This document shows positions 30,571 to 38,978 of a stretch of 64,000 nt of DNA, in pieces (position 1 is the stretch's first letter; each line of letters opens with the position of its first letter). The translations under genes and the position numbers were made by a program. Below the pieces are notes generated by a model, which worked only from the letters and a program-made list of their open reading frames with translations, did not search any database and was not told the origin of the DNA. Source of the DNA: Candidatus Gottesmanbacteria bacterium. Its GTDB lineage: Bacteria; Patescibacteriota; Microgenomatia; 2-02-FULL-39-11. The stretch lies in contig JACPZE010000002.1 in the NCBI GenBank assembly GCA_016195685.1, positions 4,177 to 68,176 on the forward strand, in the 5' to 3' direction.

Positions 30571-31921
30571 TTCTGTGTGCACCCATTTGTCTTAACTCAT
30601 TGTCAACTAAAGATAATTTTTCGTCAAGGATTTCTTGGGTATCGGCTTCAAGATTCAGTCGAACCATAGGCTCGGTATTGGATGTTCTTAAGCTAAACCA
30701 CCATTTAGGATACCATACAGATAGCCCATCGATAAAATCTGTATTGGAATCTTGAAATTGTTTTTCAATTGCTTCTATGACTTTTTGCCCATCCGAAACA
30801 TTGTAATTTATTTCTCCGCTAGAAAAGTATTTGTCGAAGTTTTTAGTTATTTCAGAGAGTGGTTTATTTTGTTTTGAGATATATTCAAGTAGCAAAAGAC
30901 CCGCAACTGTAGAACTATCAGCAAAAAAATTCTCACGGAAGTAAAAATGCCCTGAATGTTCACCGGCAAACAGTGCATTTTCTTTTTTCATCTGTTCTTT
31001 GATGTATGAATGCCCGACTCGTACCCGGATAGGAATACCTTTGAATAATTTAACAGTTTCTGGCACTATTTTGCCACATACGGCGTTGTAAAGGATTGTA
31101 GAAGGGCCGCTTTCTTGCAATAAATATTGGGATAGCATCGCAGTGGCTATTGTACCCGATACGGAAATTCCGTGTTCATCCAGAACAAAAATGCGATCTG
31201 CATCTCCATCAATTGCAAACCCGAGGTCTGCTTTGTGTTTTTTTATTTCATGTTGAAGATCTATAACATTTTCTGGCTTCAAAGGATCGGGAAGGTGATG
31301 GGGAAAATGTCCATCGGGTTTAAAATATAAGGGTATAATATCTAGTGGTAATTTTTTTTTAAGTTTTTCCCAAGATAATCCCCCCATTCCATTACCGGCG
31401 TCTATCACAACCTTAAGTTTCCTAAGTTTAGAGATATCTATAAATTTTAAAACATGGTTAATCCAGTCATCTGTTACATTGAGATTGCTGATTTGCCCTT
31501 TTCTTACAGGACTTGTAAATTTATTCGCTTTTGCCAGTTTCTTTATTTCAGGCAAACCAAAATCACCATTTAAAGGAATAACACCTTTTGTGACAATTTT
31601 AAGTCCGTTATATTCTGCTGGATTATGAGAAGCACTGATAATGGCATTAGCTGTGAAGCCATATTTGCCAGATGCAAAATAATTAATTTCTGTTGAAGTA
31701 AGTCCTAGACTAACAACATCCAGTCCCTGATCCGCAATTCCGGATGTAAAAGCTTTGAAAAGTGTCGGGGATGAAAGTCGAGTATCATATCCGACGGCGA
31801 TATCGCCTGCTTTTAAATAAGTAGCTAAAGCCCGTCCTAATATATAATATGTATCTTCGTTTAGTTGAGTAGGGTATATGCCGCGTATATCGTATTGATG
31901 AAATATCAAATCCCAATTCAT
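30563..31921 (-). CDS. Phosphoglucomutase/phosphomannomutase (alpha-D-phosphohexomutase)
   Basis: Active-site Ser loop ISASHNP, metal-binding DGDADR and sugar loop GEHSGH. Confidence 0.85.
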   Translation of the reverse strand: MNWDLIFHQYDIRGIYPTQLNEDTYYILGRALATYLKAGDIAVGYDTRLSSPTLFKAFTSGIADQGLDVVSLGLTSTEINYFASGKYGFTANAIISASHNPAEYNGLKIVTKGVIPLNGDFGLPEIKKLAKANKFTSPVRKGQISNLNVTDDWINHVLKFIDISKLRKLKVVIDAGNGMGGLSWEKLKKKLPLDIIPLYFKPDGHFPHHLPDPLKPENVIDLQHEIKKHKADLGFAIDGDADRIFVLDEHGISVSGTIATAMLSQYLLQESGPSTILYNAVCGKIVPETVKLFKGIPIRVRVGHSYIKEQMKKENALFAGEHSGHFYFRENFFADSSTVAGLLLLEYISKQNKPLSEITKNFDKYFSSGEINYNVSDGQKVIEAIEKQFQDSNTDFIDGLSVWYPKWWFSLRTSNTEPMVRLNLEADTQEILDEKLSLVDNELRQMGAHRNE

Positions 31922-31924
31922 AGT

Positions 31925-32626
31925 TTAAAATTCATAGTATAAGGATACAAAAAAAATATCAAGTAGCTGTCTGAGAGTGTAGGGGGATAATCCCATTTTA
32001 ACTTTTAAGTCGAGAGACAGAAGTTGGCGGTAAGAGAGAATCAGACTTGGTAAGGTAAAAAACCTTGCTTGTTTTATAAATTTGTAAGATTGCCAGGATG
32101 GCATACCACTAAACCCGCTTTCTCCTAGATCGGACGCAATTATAAGGTTCCTCCACTGTCTGATAAGCATGGAAATAATAAATTCAGGATCCCTATTGTC
32201 TGTAATCTGATGATACATACTCAGAACCTGAGGAACTGATTTATCGCCTATTGAGTCCAGGAATTTGAACAAGATCGCCGGAATCTGACATAATATCGTT
32301 TTTGCCTGAGCAAAATATTTTTTTAAAATAGTTTTACTTATTTCTTTTTGCTCGATTATAACAACCTCACACGAAGTCTTTTTCTCTGTTAAGAAACTTA
32401 GTATTTTATCTTTTTTATCAGCATCAGCACCTTCGATGAGATTTTCGATTATTACTAATTTTTGTGAAGCAAACAAGGATAAAGAGTCAGTTGCGATAAC
32501 TACGTCCGTTAATGTGCTGGTTGTGCCTCGTAAATAGACTTTTTCATAATCCGGATAGCGAGTTTTTATATCTTCAAGGACTTTCGTGGAAGATACTATA
32601 TCATCACCATGAATGAGTGTAAGCAT
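31925..32626 (-). CDS. holA: DNA polymerase III delta subunit-like (HolA-like), short
   Basis: Weak N-terminal pattern LTLIHGDD...SLF...KLVIIEN resembling delta subunits. No Walker motifs. 233 aa. The assignment is tentative. Confidence 0.4.
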   Translation of the reverse strand: MLTLIHGDDIVSSTKVLEDIKTRYPDYEKVYLRGTTSTLTDVVIATDSLSLFASQKLVIIENLIEGADADKKDKILSFLTEKKTSCEVVIIEQKEISKTILKKYFAQAKTILCQIPAILFKFLDSIGDKSVPQVLSMYHQITDNRDPEFIISMLIRQWRNLIIASDLGESGFSGMPSWQSYKFIKQARFFTLPSLILSYRQLLSLDLKVKMGLSPYTLRQLLDIFFVSLYYEF

Positions 32627-32689
32627 ATAATTAGTGTGAGTTATAGCTAATAGATACTATTTTTTCAATCTCTAATAATTCTTTACTCA

Positions 32690-33067
32690 TTATAAAAGAT
32701 TGAACAGTTTTTTAAATAATTGCTCTACATTACGACTGTCTATTCTTCGACCGCGGCCACGGTGTGGTAATAAGCTGCCGGAAAAATTTTTCGGGATGTG
32801 CATAAGCTCATGGATTAGAACCCTCTTTTTATCATCAGTTGAAAGGTGATCAAAATGCAAAGATAAGACCTCAATTACGTAATGGGGAGGTAATTTTAGA
32901 GCAAGTTGCCATACTTTTGGGAAACTCCAAATGCGTGCTCTGGCCCGTGAAGATGAACCAAACGATCTAAAACAAATTATACGCTTAGGATCGATATAAG
33001 AAAAATCCAGTTTTTGGCACAGATTTTTAACTTCACTATCTATATCAGGTGCTTTTTGCCAATTCAT
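32690..33067 (-). CDS. Small putative zinc metallopeptidase (HExxH motif), family unassigned
   Basis: HELMH at residues about 86-90 in a 125-aa protein. The context hints at a SprT/DUF45/ImmA-like fold, but no confident family call is possible from sequence alone. Confidence 0.4.
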   Translation of the reverse strand: MNWQKAPDIDSEVKNLCQKLDFSYIDPKRIICFRSFGSSSRARARIWSFPKVWQLALKLPPHYVIEVLSLHFDHLSTDDKKRVLIHELMHIPKNFSGSLLPHRGRGRRIDSRNVEQLFKKLFNLL

Positions 33068-33126
33068 GATTTCTAAAAAGCTTAAGGTTTCAGATGTAAT
33101 TTGTCAATTGTGAAAAAGCAAAATAA

Positions 33127-33999
33127 ATGCTAAAATTAGACACTTTCATGAGTACATCGGTTATTAAACAGCTTCCCAAATCTACGGTTGAAATTGAGAT
33201 TAAAATCCCATGGGTGGACATATCAGACACTTACGAAAAAATTTTCATTCGGGTCATAAATGAGTTTGAATTTGAAGGTTTCCGGAAAGGAAAAGTTCCG
33301 CGGAAAATTGTTGAAGAACACGTTGATCGTAGTAAAGTCTATCAGGAAGTAATTAAAGAAATTGTCCCAAAGGCATATCAAGAAGCCGTAATGCTGCATA
33401 AATTAGCTCCGGTTATATCTCCCAAAGTAGAAGTAATTAAAGCAAAAGAAAAAGAGGAATGGCAAATAAAGGCTACAGTTGCTCAAAAGCCAAAAATTGA
33501 TCTTAAAAACTATAAAGAAAAAATCCGGTCATTCAAAAAAAGTAAACCTCACATTTGGACTCCTAATCAGAAGACCTCCGAGAATAAAGAAGACAAAAAA
33601 CCATCACTTGATGAATTGATGAAAATTATTATTGAGGAAGCAGACATAGAAATCTCAGACCTATTAATTTTGGAAGAATCAAATCGTCTACTTGCCTCGT
33701 TGGTTGATCAAACCCAAAAATTAGGACTTACGGTGGAACAATATCTTGTGGCAAAGGGTAAAACTACTGATCAAATAAGAGCTGAATATGCAACCGAGGC
33801 TGCCAAAAACCTCAAGCTTGAATTTGCCTTGGCTGAAATTGCTGATTTAGAAAATATCACTGTAACTCAAGAAGATCTGGACAAAATTCTTGCGAAAGTA
33901 GAAAAACCAGAAGAGAAAGAAAGACTAAAAAAGGATAGCTATTATTTAGCCCACCTTCTACGCCAACAAAAAACCCTCGATTTCCTTTATAACCTATAA
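33127..33999 (+). CDS. tig: Trigger factor, short form lacking the PPIase domain. The likely start is MSTSV at 33148.
   Basis: Ribosome-binding signature GFRKGKVP in the N-domain, joined directly to a C-terminal chaperone-arm-like domain. No FKBP segment. 290 aa compared with a typical length of about 430. Confidence 0.75.
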   Translation: MLKLDTFMSTSVIKQLPKSTVEIEIKIPWVDISDTYEKIFIRVINEFEFEGFRKGKVPRKIVEEHVDRSKVYQEVIKEIVPKAYQEAVMLHKLAPVISPKVEVIKAKEKEEWQIKATVAQKPKIDLKNYKEKIRSFKKSKPHIWTPNQKTSENKEDKKPSLDELMKIIIEEADIEISDLLILEESNRLLASLVDQTQKLGLTVEQYLVAKGKTTDQIRAEYATEAAKNLKLEFALAEIADLENITVTQEDLDKILAKVEKPEEKERLKKDSYYLAHLLRQQKTLDFLYNL

Positions 34000-34043
34000 T
34001 TTTTCTTGACTTTAGCTATAAAATATGTTATATATCGCACAAT

Positions 34044-34628
34044 ATGTCAGATAAATCAGGAAAACCTGCAAAAATAAGTCCTTGGGGGAATGATAATCCT
34101 GAAAAACTCAAACGTACTCCAACAAAAAGTATCGGATGGGGACAGCAATTAAAAGGTTTATTTAACCCTGATGCGATTATCAATCAATTTAATGGTGAAT
34201 CTGCTTCTGATGAAGCAAATAAACCGCAAAATAAAGAACGTAAAGCTCGTGGAAATGAGATTTTGGTTTTTTCAAGAACTGTAAAAGAAGAAGAGCGCAA
34301 AATATATCAGGAAACTTCAATTATTTTACAAAAGCTGAAAGAACAAGTCACTGTTTTGGAGAAATCCAATAGAGGTCTTGTCACCGAAATGGCCAAGATA
34401 AAAGTAGAGCAGGCTCCCCAAAAAAACGGTATTTATTATATCCGCTATCTAGAATGGTTGCTCGTTGTTGTTCGCCAAATGAGGATCAAAGTGGAGGAAG
34501 GTCGTGCCTGGCTGGAAACTTTTACGAAAAGGAAATCAAAAAAACTAGGTTACTGGAAAATGTATAAGAAACACGGTACTACTTTTGGCCTTTCACAAGA
34601 ACGTTCTCTTTCCACACAAACCGGATAA
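34044..34628 (+). CDS. Hypothetical protein: Lys-rich, disordered N-terminus followed by a predicted coiled coil
   Basis: 194-aa ORF with no recognisable motif. Good coding periodicity. The C-terminal amphipathic segment is GIYYIRYLEWLLVVVRQM. Confidence 0.5.
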   Translation: MSDKSGKPAKISPWGNDNPEKLKRTPTKSIGWGQQLKGLFNPDAIINQFNGESASDEANKPQNKERKARGNEILVFSRTVKEEERKIYQETSIILQKLKEQVTVLEKSNRGLVTEMAKIKVEQAPQKNGIYYIRYLEWLLVVVRQMRIKVEEGRAWLETFTKRKSKKLGYWKMYKKHGTTFGLSQERSLSTQTG

Positions 34629-34671
34629 TTTATTTCTTCCTCAGTTTGTATTGTCTTATCCTAGTCAACTT

Positions 34672-34679
34672 TGTATAAT
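34672..34679 (+). promoter_or_regulatory. TG-extended -10 (TGTATAAT) about 9 nt upstream of the tRNA-Val 5' end
   Basis: Seen: tgtataat at 34672-34679. The tRNA begins at 34688. Confidence 0.4.
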
Positions 34680-34687
34680 ACACCTAC

Positions 34688-34759
34688 GCGCGCGTAGCTC
34701 AGCGGTAGAGCGTTTCGTTGACATCGAAAAGGCCCTTGGTTCAAATCCATGCGCGCGCA
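34688..34759 (+). tRNA. tRNA-Val (anticodon GAC). CCA is not encoded.
   Basis: Acceptor GCGCGCG/CGCGCGC. D-arm GCTCAGCGGTAGAGC. Anticodon stem TTTCG/CGAAA with loop TTGACAT. T-loop GGTTCAAATCC. Confidence 0.9.
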
Positions 34760-34765
34760 CACTAT

Positions 34766-34793
34766 TTGACAGTGTATCAAAGTATGTTATCAT
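34766..34793 (+). promoter_or_regulatory. Sigma70-like promoter TTGACA-N13-TGtTATCAT directly after tRNA-Val. It would drive a leader of about 140 nt before thrS.
   Basis: Seen: TTGACA at 34766-34771 and TGtTATCAT at 34785-34793. Confidence 0.5.
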
Positions 34794-34809
34794 TAAATAA
34801 ATATATTTC

Positions 34810-34942
34810 AACGCTTGCATGAGACTTCACCAACCTCAAAGCTGAATGCATCTATTGCAAAATATAGAAAATTAAGACCACCAAAGTTGGATGGGACCTT
34901 CGCCAGCTGGCGAATCCAACAGAAGGTGGATTTTTTGTACAT
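34810..34942 (+). promoter_or_regulatory. Structured thrS leader, a T-box-like candidate. It has a short stem-loop presenting a Thr ACC codon, a bulged hairpin with a UGGGACC bulge, an outer CCACC/GGUGG helix that sequesters a GGUGG SD-like element, and a U6 run ending 6 nt before the thrS ATG.
   Basis: Read from sequence at 34878-34936: CCACC AAAG TTGGAT GGGACCTT CGCC AGCT GGCG A ATCCAA CAGAA GGTGG ATTTTTT. GGATGGGACC matches the T-box core GGGTGGTACC at 8 of 10 positions. Confidence 0.35.
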
Positions 34943-36700
34943 ATGAGTAAAAATGATAGTGAATATTTAAATAATCTACGCCATTCCTGTGCGCATCTTC
35001 TAGCTAAAGCTGTAAAAGACTTATGGCCGGGTACGCATAACGCCATAGGACCAGCTATCGAAAATGGCTTTTACCAAGATTTTGATTTTGGAGATAGAAA
35101 AATTTCAGATGCGGATTTACCCGAAATTGAGGAAAAAATGAGGATAATACTTAAAACTTGGGAACATTTTGACTATAAAGAAGTTACCCTTAAAGATGCA
35201 AAGAAACTTTTCTCCGACAACCCTTACAAGCTGGAATTAGCAGAAGAATTTGCGAAAGGAGGAAAAAAACTATTGACGAATAACCCTGGAAACTTTCTTG
35301 ACCTTTGCAAAATGACCCATGTGGAAAACCCCAAAAAAGAAATGCAACATTTTAAACTACTCAAACTTGCTGGAGCGTATTGGCGGGGAAATGAAAAAAA
35401 CAAAATGCTTACTCGAATATATGGAACCTGTTTTCCCGCAAAAGAAGAGTTAGATAAATATCTTTGGCAACAGGAAGAAGCAAAAAAAAGAGACCATAAA
35501 AAATTGGGGAAAGAATTAAGTTTGTTTATTTTCTCAAATAGTGTAGGTCCAGGACTTCCTCTTTTTATGCCCAAAGGTATGATAATTCGACGAGTTATCG
35601 AAAACTACTTAGTTAAACTGAAGGAATCTTATGGTCATCATTTCGTTTGGACTCCTCATATTGCTCGCAGTGAGCTTTATAAGCAAAGTAAACATTGGCA
35701 AAAATACGAAGCAATGATGCCTCCTCTTAAACTTGAGGATGAAGAATACACCCTCAAACCGATGAATTGTCCACATCATTTTCAAATTTACTTGGCAAAT
35801 CCGCGCAGTTATCGGGATTTACCCCTGCGGCTTGCAGAAAATACAACTGTGTACCGTTATGAAAAAAGTGGCGTCATAAATGGGCTATTTAGAGTCCGCT
35901 CTGTTACACAAGATGACAGTCATTGGTTTATACCTCATAATCTAATTCCATCAGAAATAGATCATGCAATCAAATTGACAAAACAAATTTATGAAGATTT
36001 TGGCCTTAGCAAGTTCCACGCTAGAATTTCAATAAGGGATAAAAAAAATCCTGATAAATATTTAGGCGAGCTAAAAGTTTGGGAAAGTGCCGAAAAGGAA
36101 TTAGCAAAAGCAGTATCAGAGAAAAATATCCCTTACTCGTTAGGTGAAGGAGAGGCAGCTTTTTATGGGCCCAAAATAGATTTCATGGTTGAAGATAGTT
36201 TAGGAAGAGAATGGCAACTTACTACAATTCAACTAGATTTTAATCAGCCTGAAAATTTTGATTTAACTTACACAGATGAAAAAGGTGAGAAAAAAAGACC
36301 GGCCGTACTTCATATAGCAATTCTAGGTTCAATTGAAAGATTCTTAGGCATTTTGATTGAACATTACGGAGGTGCGTTTCCTACTTGGTTAGCACCAGTT
36401 CAAGCTATAGTCTTACCAATTTCTGATAAACACAAAGATTATGCTCATAGAATTTATAACCAGCTAACTGAAGTAAATCTAAGAATAGAAGAGGATAACC
36501 GAAATGAAACTCTGGGTTCAAAGATTAGAACCGCAGAGCTTCAAAAGATTCCATATGTTATCATTGTTGGCGATAAAGAAATTAAAGAAAGTACTATTTC
36601 AACCCGTAGGAGACATGAGAAGCAGGATTTAGGACAGATGCGAATTAAAAATTTCATTTTTATGATTCAAAAAGCTATTGATAACAAGACAAATAATTGA
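34943..36700 (+). CDS. thrS: Threonine--tRNA ligase (lacks the N-terminal TGS domain; starts at the N2 editing-type domain)
   Basis: RHSCAHLLAKAV editing-domain motif, class II core and C-terminal anticodon-binding domain. 585 aa. Confidence 0.9.
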   Translation: MSKNDSEYLNNLRHSCAHLLAKAVKDLWPGTHNAIGPAIENGFYQDFDFGDRKISDADLPEIEEKMRIILKTWEHFDYKEVTLKDAKKLFSDNPYKLELAEEFAKGGKKLLTNNPGNFLDLCKMTHVENPKKEMQHFKLLKLAGAYWRGNEKNKMLTRIYGTCFPAKEELDKYLWQQEEAKKRDHKKLGKELSLFIFSNSVGPGLPLFMPKGMIIRRVIENYLVKLKESYGHHFVWTPHIARSELYKQSKHWQKYEAMMPPLKLEDEEYTLKPMNCPHHFQIYLANPRSYRDLPLRLAENTTVYRYEKSGVINGLFRVRSVTQDDSHWFIPHNLIPSEIDHAIKLTKQIYEDFGLSKFHARISIRDKKNPDKYLGELKVWESAEKELAKAVSEKNIPYSLGEGEAAFYGPKIDFMVEDSLGREWQLTTIQLDFNQPENFDLTYTDEKGEKKRPAVLHIAILGSIERFLGILIEHYGGAFPTWLAPVQAIVLPISDKHKDYAHRIYNQLTEVNLRIEEDNRNETLGSKIRTAELQKIPYVIIVGDKEIKESTISTRRRHEKQDLGQMRIKNFIFMIQKAIDNKTNN

Positions 36701-36726
36701 TATAATCTGATACAACAGTAAAATAA

Positions 36727-37293
36727 ATTAATAATCGATTGAGAAAATTCACTAAGTTTTATCGTTTAAATTATCAAATAACATCACCACAAATCAGGCT
36801 ATTGGATGAAAATGGTGCTCAAATTGGTGTTTTAGACAAACTGGAAGCGCTAAAAAGAGCTCAAACTGAACAAAAAGATTTGGTGGAAATCGCTCCGAAT
36901 GCAAAACCACCCGTTGTTAAACTGATAGATTTTAAGAAATTTAAGTATTTAGAGGCTAAGAAGGAAAGAGAAGGTAGGAAAAATATAAAGCACGTAGGGA
37001 TGAAAGAAATCAGGCTTTCACCTTTCATGGGAGATCATGATTTTAGGACTCGGGTAGGACAAGGAATGGAATTTCTCAAAGGCGGCAATCAGTTGAAAAT
37101 TTCATTACCATTCAGAGGTAGGGAAATTACTCATAAGGAATTTGGTATGGCGATGATACAAAAAGCTATAAGCGAATTGTCTAGTACGTCAAAAGTTGTC
37201 AGGTCACCTTATCTCGAAGGTAAAGTATTGGTAGCGCAATTGGCTCCGGCTAAAGTTGTACCTAAAAAAGAAAATGAGCAAGCAAAAAACTAA
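36727..37293 (+). CDS. infC: Translation initiation factor IF-3, with a non-AUG start. Either the TTG at 36739 or the in-frame AUU at 36727 could be used.
   Basis: YRLNYQITSPQIRLLDENGAQIGV... is a typical IF3 N-domain. No in-frame ATG is present. infC classically initiates at AUU. Confidence 0.85.
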   Translation: MNNRLRKFTKFYRLNYQITSPQIRLLDENGAQIGVLDKLEALKRAQTEQKDLVEIAPNAKPPVVKLIDFKKFKYLEAKKEREGRKNIKHVGMKEIRLSPFMGDHDFRTRVGQGMEFLKGGNQLKISLPFRGREITHKEFGMAMIQKAISELSSTSKVVRSPYLEGKVLVAQLAPAKVVPKKENEQAKN

Positions 37294-37462
37294 AAAATCG
37301 ATTCTGAAAAGGTTTAAAGTAACGTCATCTGGGAAGTTATTTCGAAGTCATCCAGGCTCCAGGCACCGACGTGCGCATAAAACAAACCGAAGAATTCGTC
37401 ATTTTTCCAAGCCTGTAGAGATTACAAAAAAACAAGCAAAAATCGTTAAAGCACTTATATGA
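37274..37462 (+). CDS. rpmI: 50S ribosomal protein L35
   Basis: MSKQKTKKSILKRFKVTSSGKLFRSHPGSRHRRAHK. Overlaps the infC 3' end by 20 nt. Confidence 0.9.
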   Translation: MSKQKTKKSILKRFKVTSSGKLFRSHPGSRHRRAHKTNRRIRHFSKPVEITKKQAKIVKALI

Positions 37463-37806
37463 GAATAAAACGAGGAACAGTCAGCCATCGAAAACATAAA
37501 AAACTTCTGAAGATAACTTCCGGATACCGGATGTCAAAGCATCGCTTGGTAAAAGTTGCTAAAGAAGCATTTCTTCATGCTGGCCAATACGCTTATCAAG
37601 GGAGAAGGCAAAAAAAATCTAACTTTAGAAGGCTTTGGATTAGCCGAATTTCTTCTGCAGTCCGCACGAGAGGTTTAACTTACAGTCAATTTTCAGCACA
37701 GCTTAAAAAAGCTCAAATACAACTGGATCGAAAAGTATTGGCTAACTTAATTGTCACCGATGGAGAAGCATTTCGGCAAATCGTTGACAAAGTCAAAAAT
37801 ATTTGA
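37459..37806 (+). CDS. rplT: 50S ribosomal protein L20
   Basis: MRIKRGTVSHRKHKKLLK...GYRMSKHRL matches L20. Confidence 0.95.
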   Translation: MRIKRGTVSHRKHKKLLKITSGYRMSKHRLVKVAKEAFLHAGQYAYQGRRQKKSNFRRLWISRISSAVRTRGLTYSQFSAQLKKAQIQLDRKVLANLIVTDGEAFRQIVDKVKNI

Positions 37807-37865
37807 TAAATTACCAATATAGCTGTATGAAACTCCATTTAGTCAATTGGTTTTATTTTTATTTT

Positions 37866-37895
37866 AACCCGCAAGCGGGGAGTGGTTTTGTTGTG
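37866..37895 (+). terminator. First of two tandem terminator-like hairpins after rplT (CCCGC-AAG-GCGGG followed by a U-rich tract)
   Basis: Seen: aacccgcaagcgggg agtggttttgttgtg. Confidence 0.4.
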
Positions 37896-37924
37896 TAACT
37901 AAGAAATCAAACAAAATAAATACC

Positions 37925-37950
37925 AAATCCCGCAAAAGCGGGATTTTTTT
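37925..37950 (+). terminator. Strong rho-independent terminator (9-bp stem AAATCCCGC/GCGGGATTT, loop AAAA, T7)
   Basis: Seen: aaatcccgc aaaa gcgggattt tttt. A GGAG SD for the next gene follows. Confidence 0.8.
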
Positions 37951-37963
37951 ATTGGAGTAATTT

Positions 37964-38977
37964 ATGATAATTATACTTAAATCAAATTTGACTCTGGCAA
38001 AAGAAGAAGAAATAAGAAAGTTTTTGGCCAAAAAGCAAGTCGAGGTTATTCCCGTCAAAAGATCGGATAAAACATTACTGGTGGTCGTTGGCCGTTTTGC
38101 CGAACTTACCAAGCGGGAAGTGGCTTTACATGAATATGTAGACACTATTGTTGAGATTGACAGACCATATAAATTAGCAAGCAAATCTTTTAAAAATATA
38201 AACTCGGAGATAAAAATTAACGGAACCACAATTATAGGGGGAAAAGAGATAGTTATCATGGCCGGTCCATGTTCTGTAGAAACTAAAGATCAAATCAGAG
38301 AGATTGCTAAGGAAGTAAAAGGTGCCGGATGCCAGATACTACGAGGTGGCGCTTTTAAGCCCAGAACCGGTCCGTATGATTTTCAAGGTTTGGGAAAAAT
38401 TGGTCTTCACTTTTTAAAAGGTGCAGCAAAAGAAAATAAACTCGCTGTTATCACAGAGGTATTAGACGTTCGGGAAGTTGAGCTCATCGAGAAATATACC
38501 GATATTTTTCAAGTGGGTACAAGAAATATGCAAAATTATCCTCTTCTTTCAGAACTAGGTAAAAGCCATAAGCCTGTTTTACTTAAGCGTGGTATGTCGG
38601 CAACGTACAAAGAATTATTATTGGCTGCCGAATATATACTTTTGGGTGGAAATGAAAAGGTTATACTTTGTGAAAGAGGGATAAGAACTCATGTCCCGGA
38701 AACCCGGTTTACTTTGGATTTAAATGCAGTACCTTATCTTAAACATGAGACTCATCTTCCGGTCGTAGTTGATCCCAGTCACGGTACCGGCAGAGCAAAT
38801 CTAGTACGTGCCATGAGCAGGGCAGCTATTGCCGCAGGCGCAGATGGACTTCTCATAGAGGCACATCTGGACCCGCGTAAATCTATTTCCGATGCCGATC
38901 AGGCTATTTCGACTCAAGAATTAAAAAAATTGGTGAAGGAGGTTAAAAGGATTGCTGTTGCCGTCGACCGAAAATAA
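37964..38977 (+). CDS. 3-deoxy-7-phosphoheptulonate (DAHP) synthase, type I-beta, with an N-terminal ACT/ferredoxin-like regulatory domain
   Basis: The catalytic core IMAGPCSVE...ILRGGAFKPRT...DPSH is DAHPS/KDO8PS-family. An N-terminal regulatory extension of about 80 aa precedes it. Confidence 0.85.
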   Translation: MIIILKSNLTLAKEEEIRKFLAKKQVEVIPVKRSDKTLLVVVGRFAELTKREVALHEYVDTIVEIDRPYKLASKSFKNINSEIKINGTTIIGGKEIVIMAGPCSVETKDQIREIAKEVKGAGCQILRGGAFKPRTGPYDFQGLGKIGLHFLKGAAKENKLAVITEVLDVREVELIEKYTDIFQVGTRNMQNYPLLSELGKSHKPVLLKRGMSATYKELLLAAEYILLGGNEKVILCERGIRTHVPETRFTLDLNAVPYLKHETHLPVVVDPSHGTGRANLVRAMSRAAIAAGADGLLIEAHLDPRKSISDADQAISTQELKKLVKEVKRIAVAVDRK

Positions 38978-38978
38978 C

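Noticed and set aside
34585-34800. 71-aa ORF spanning tRNA-Val
   Set aside because: It overlaps a well-formed tRNA gene and its promoter, so it is not coding.
34898-34909. Perfect 12-bp palindrome CGCCAGCTGGCG (contains a PvuII site)
   Set aside because: It is explained as the apical helix of the thrS leader hairpin, not a separate protein-binding site.
34852-35046. 64-aa minus-strand ORF across the thrS leader and thrS start
   Set aside because: It overlaps the structured leader and the thrS N-terminus, with no support for coding.
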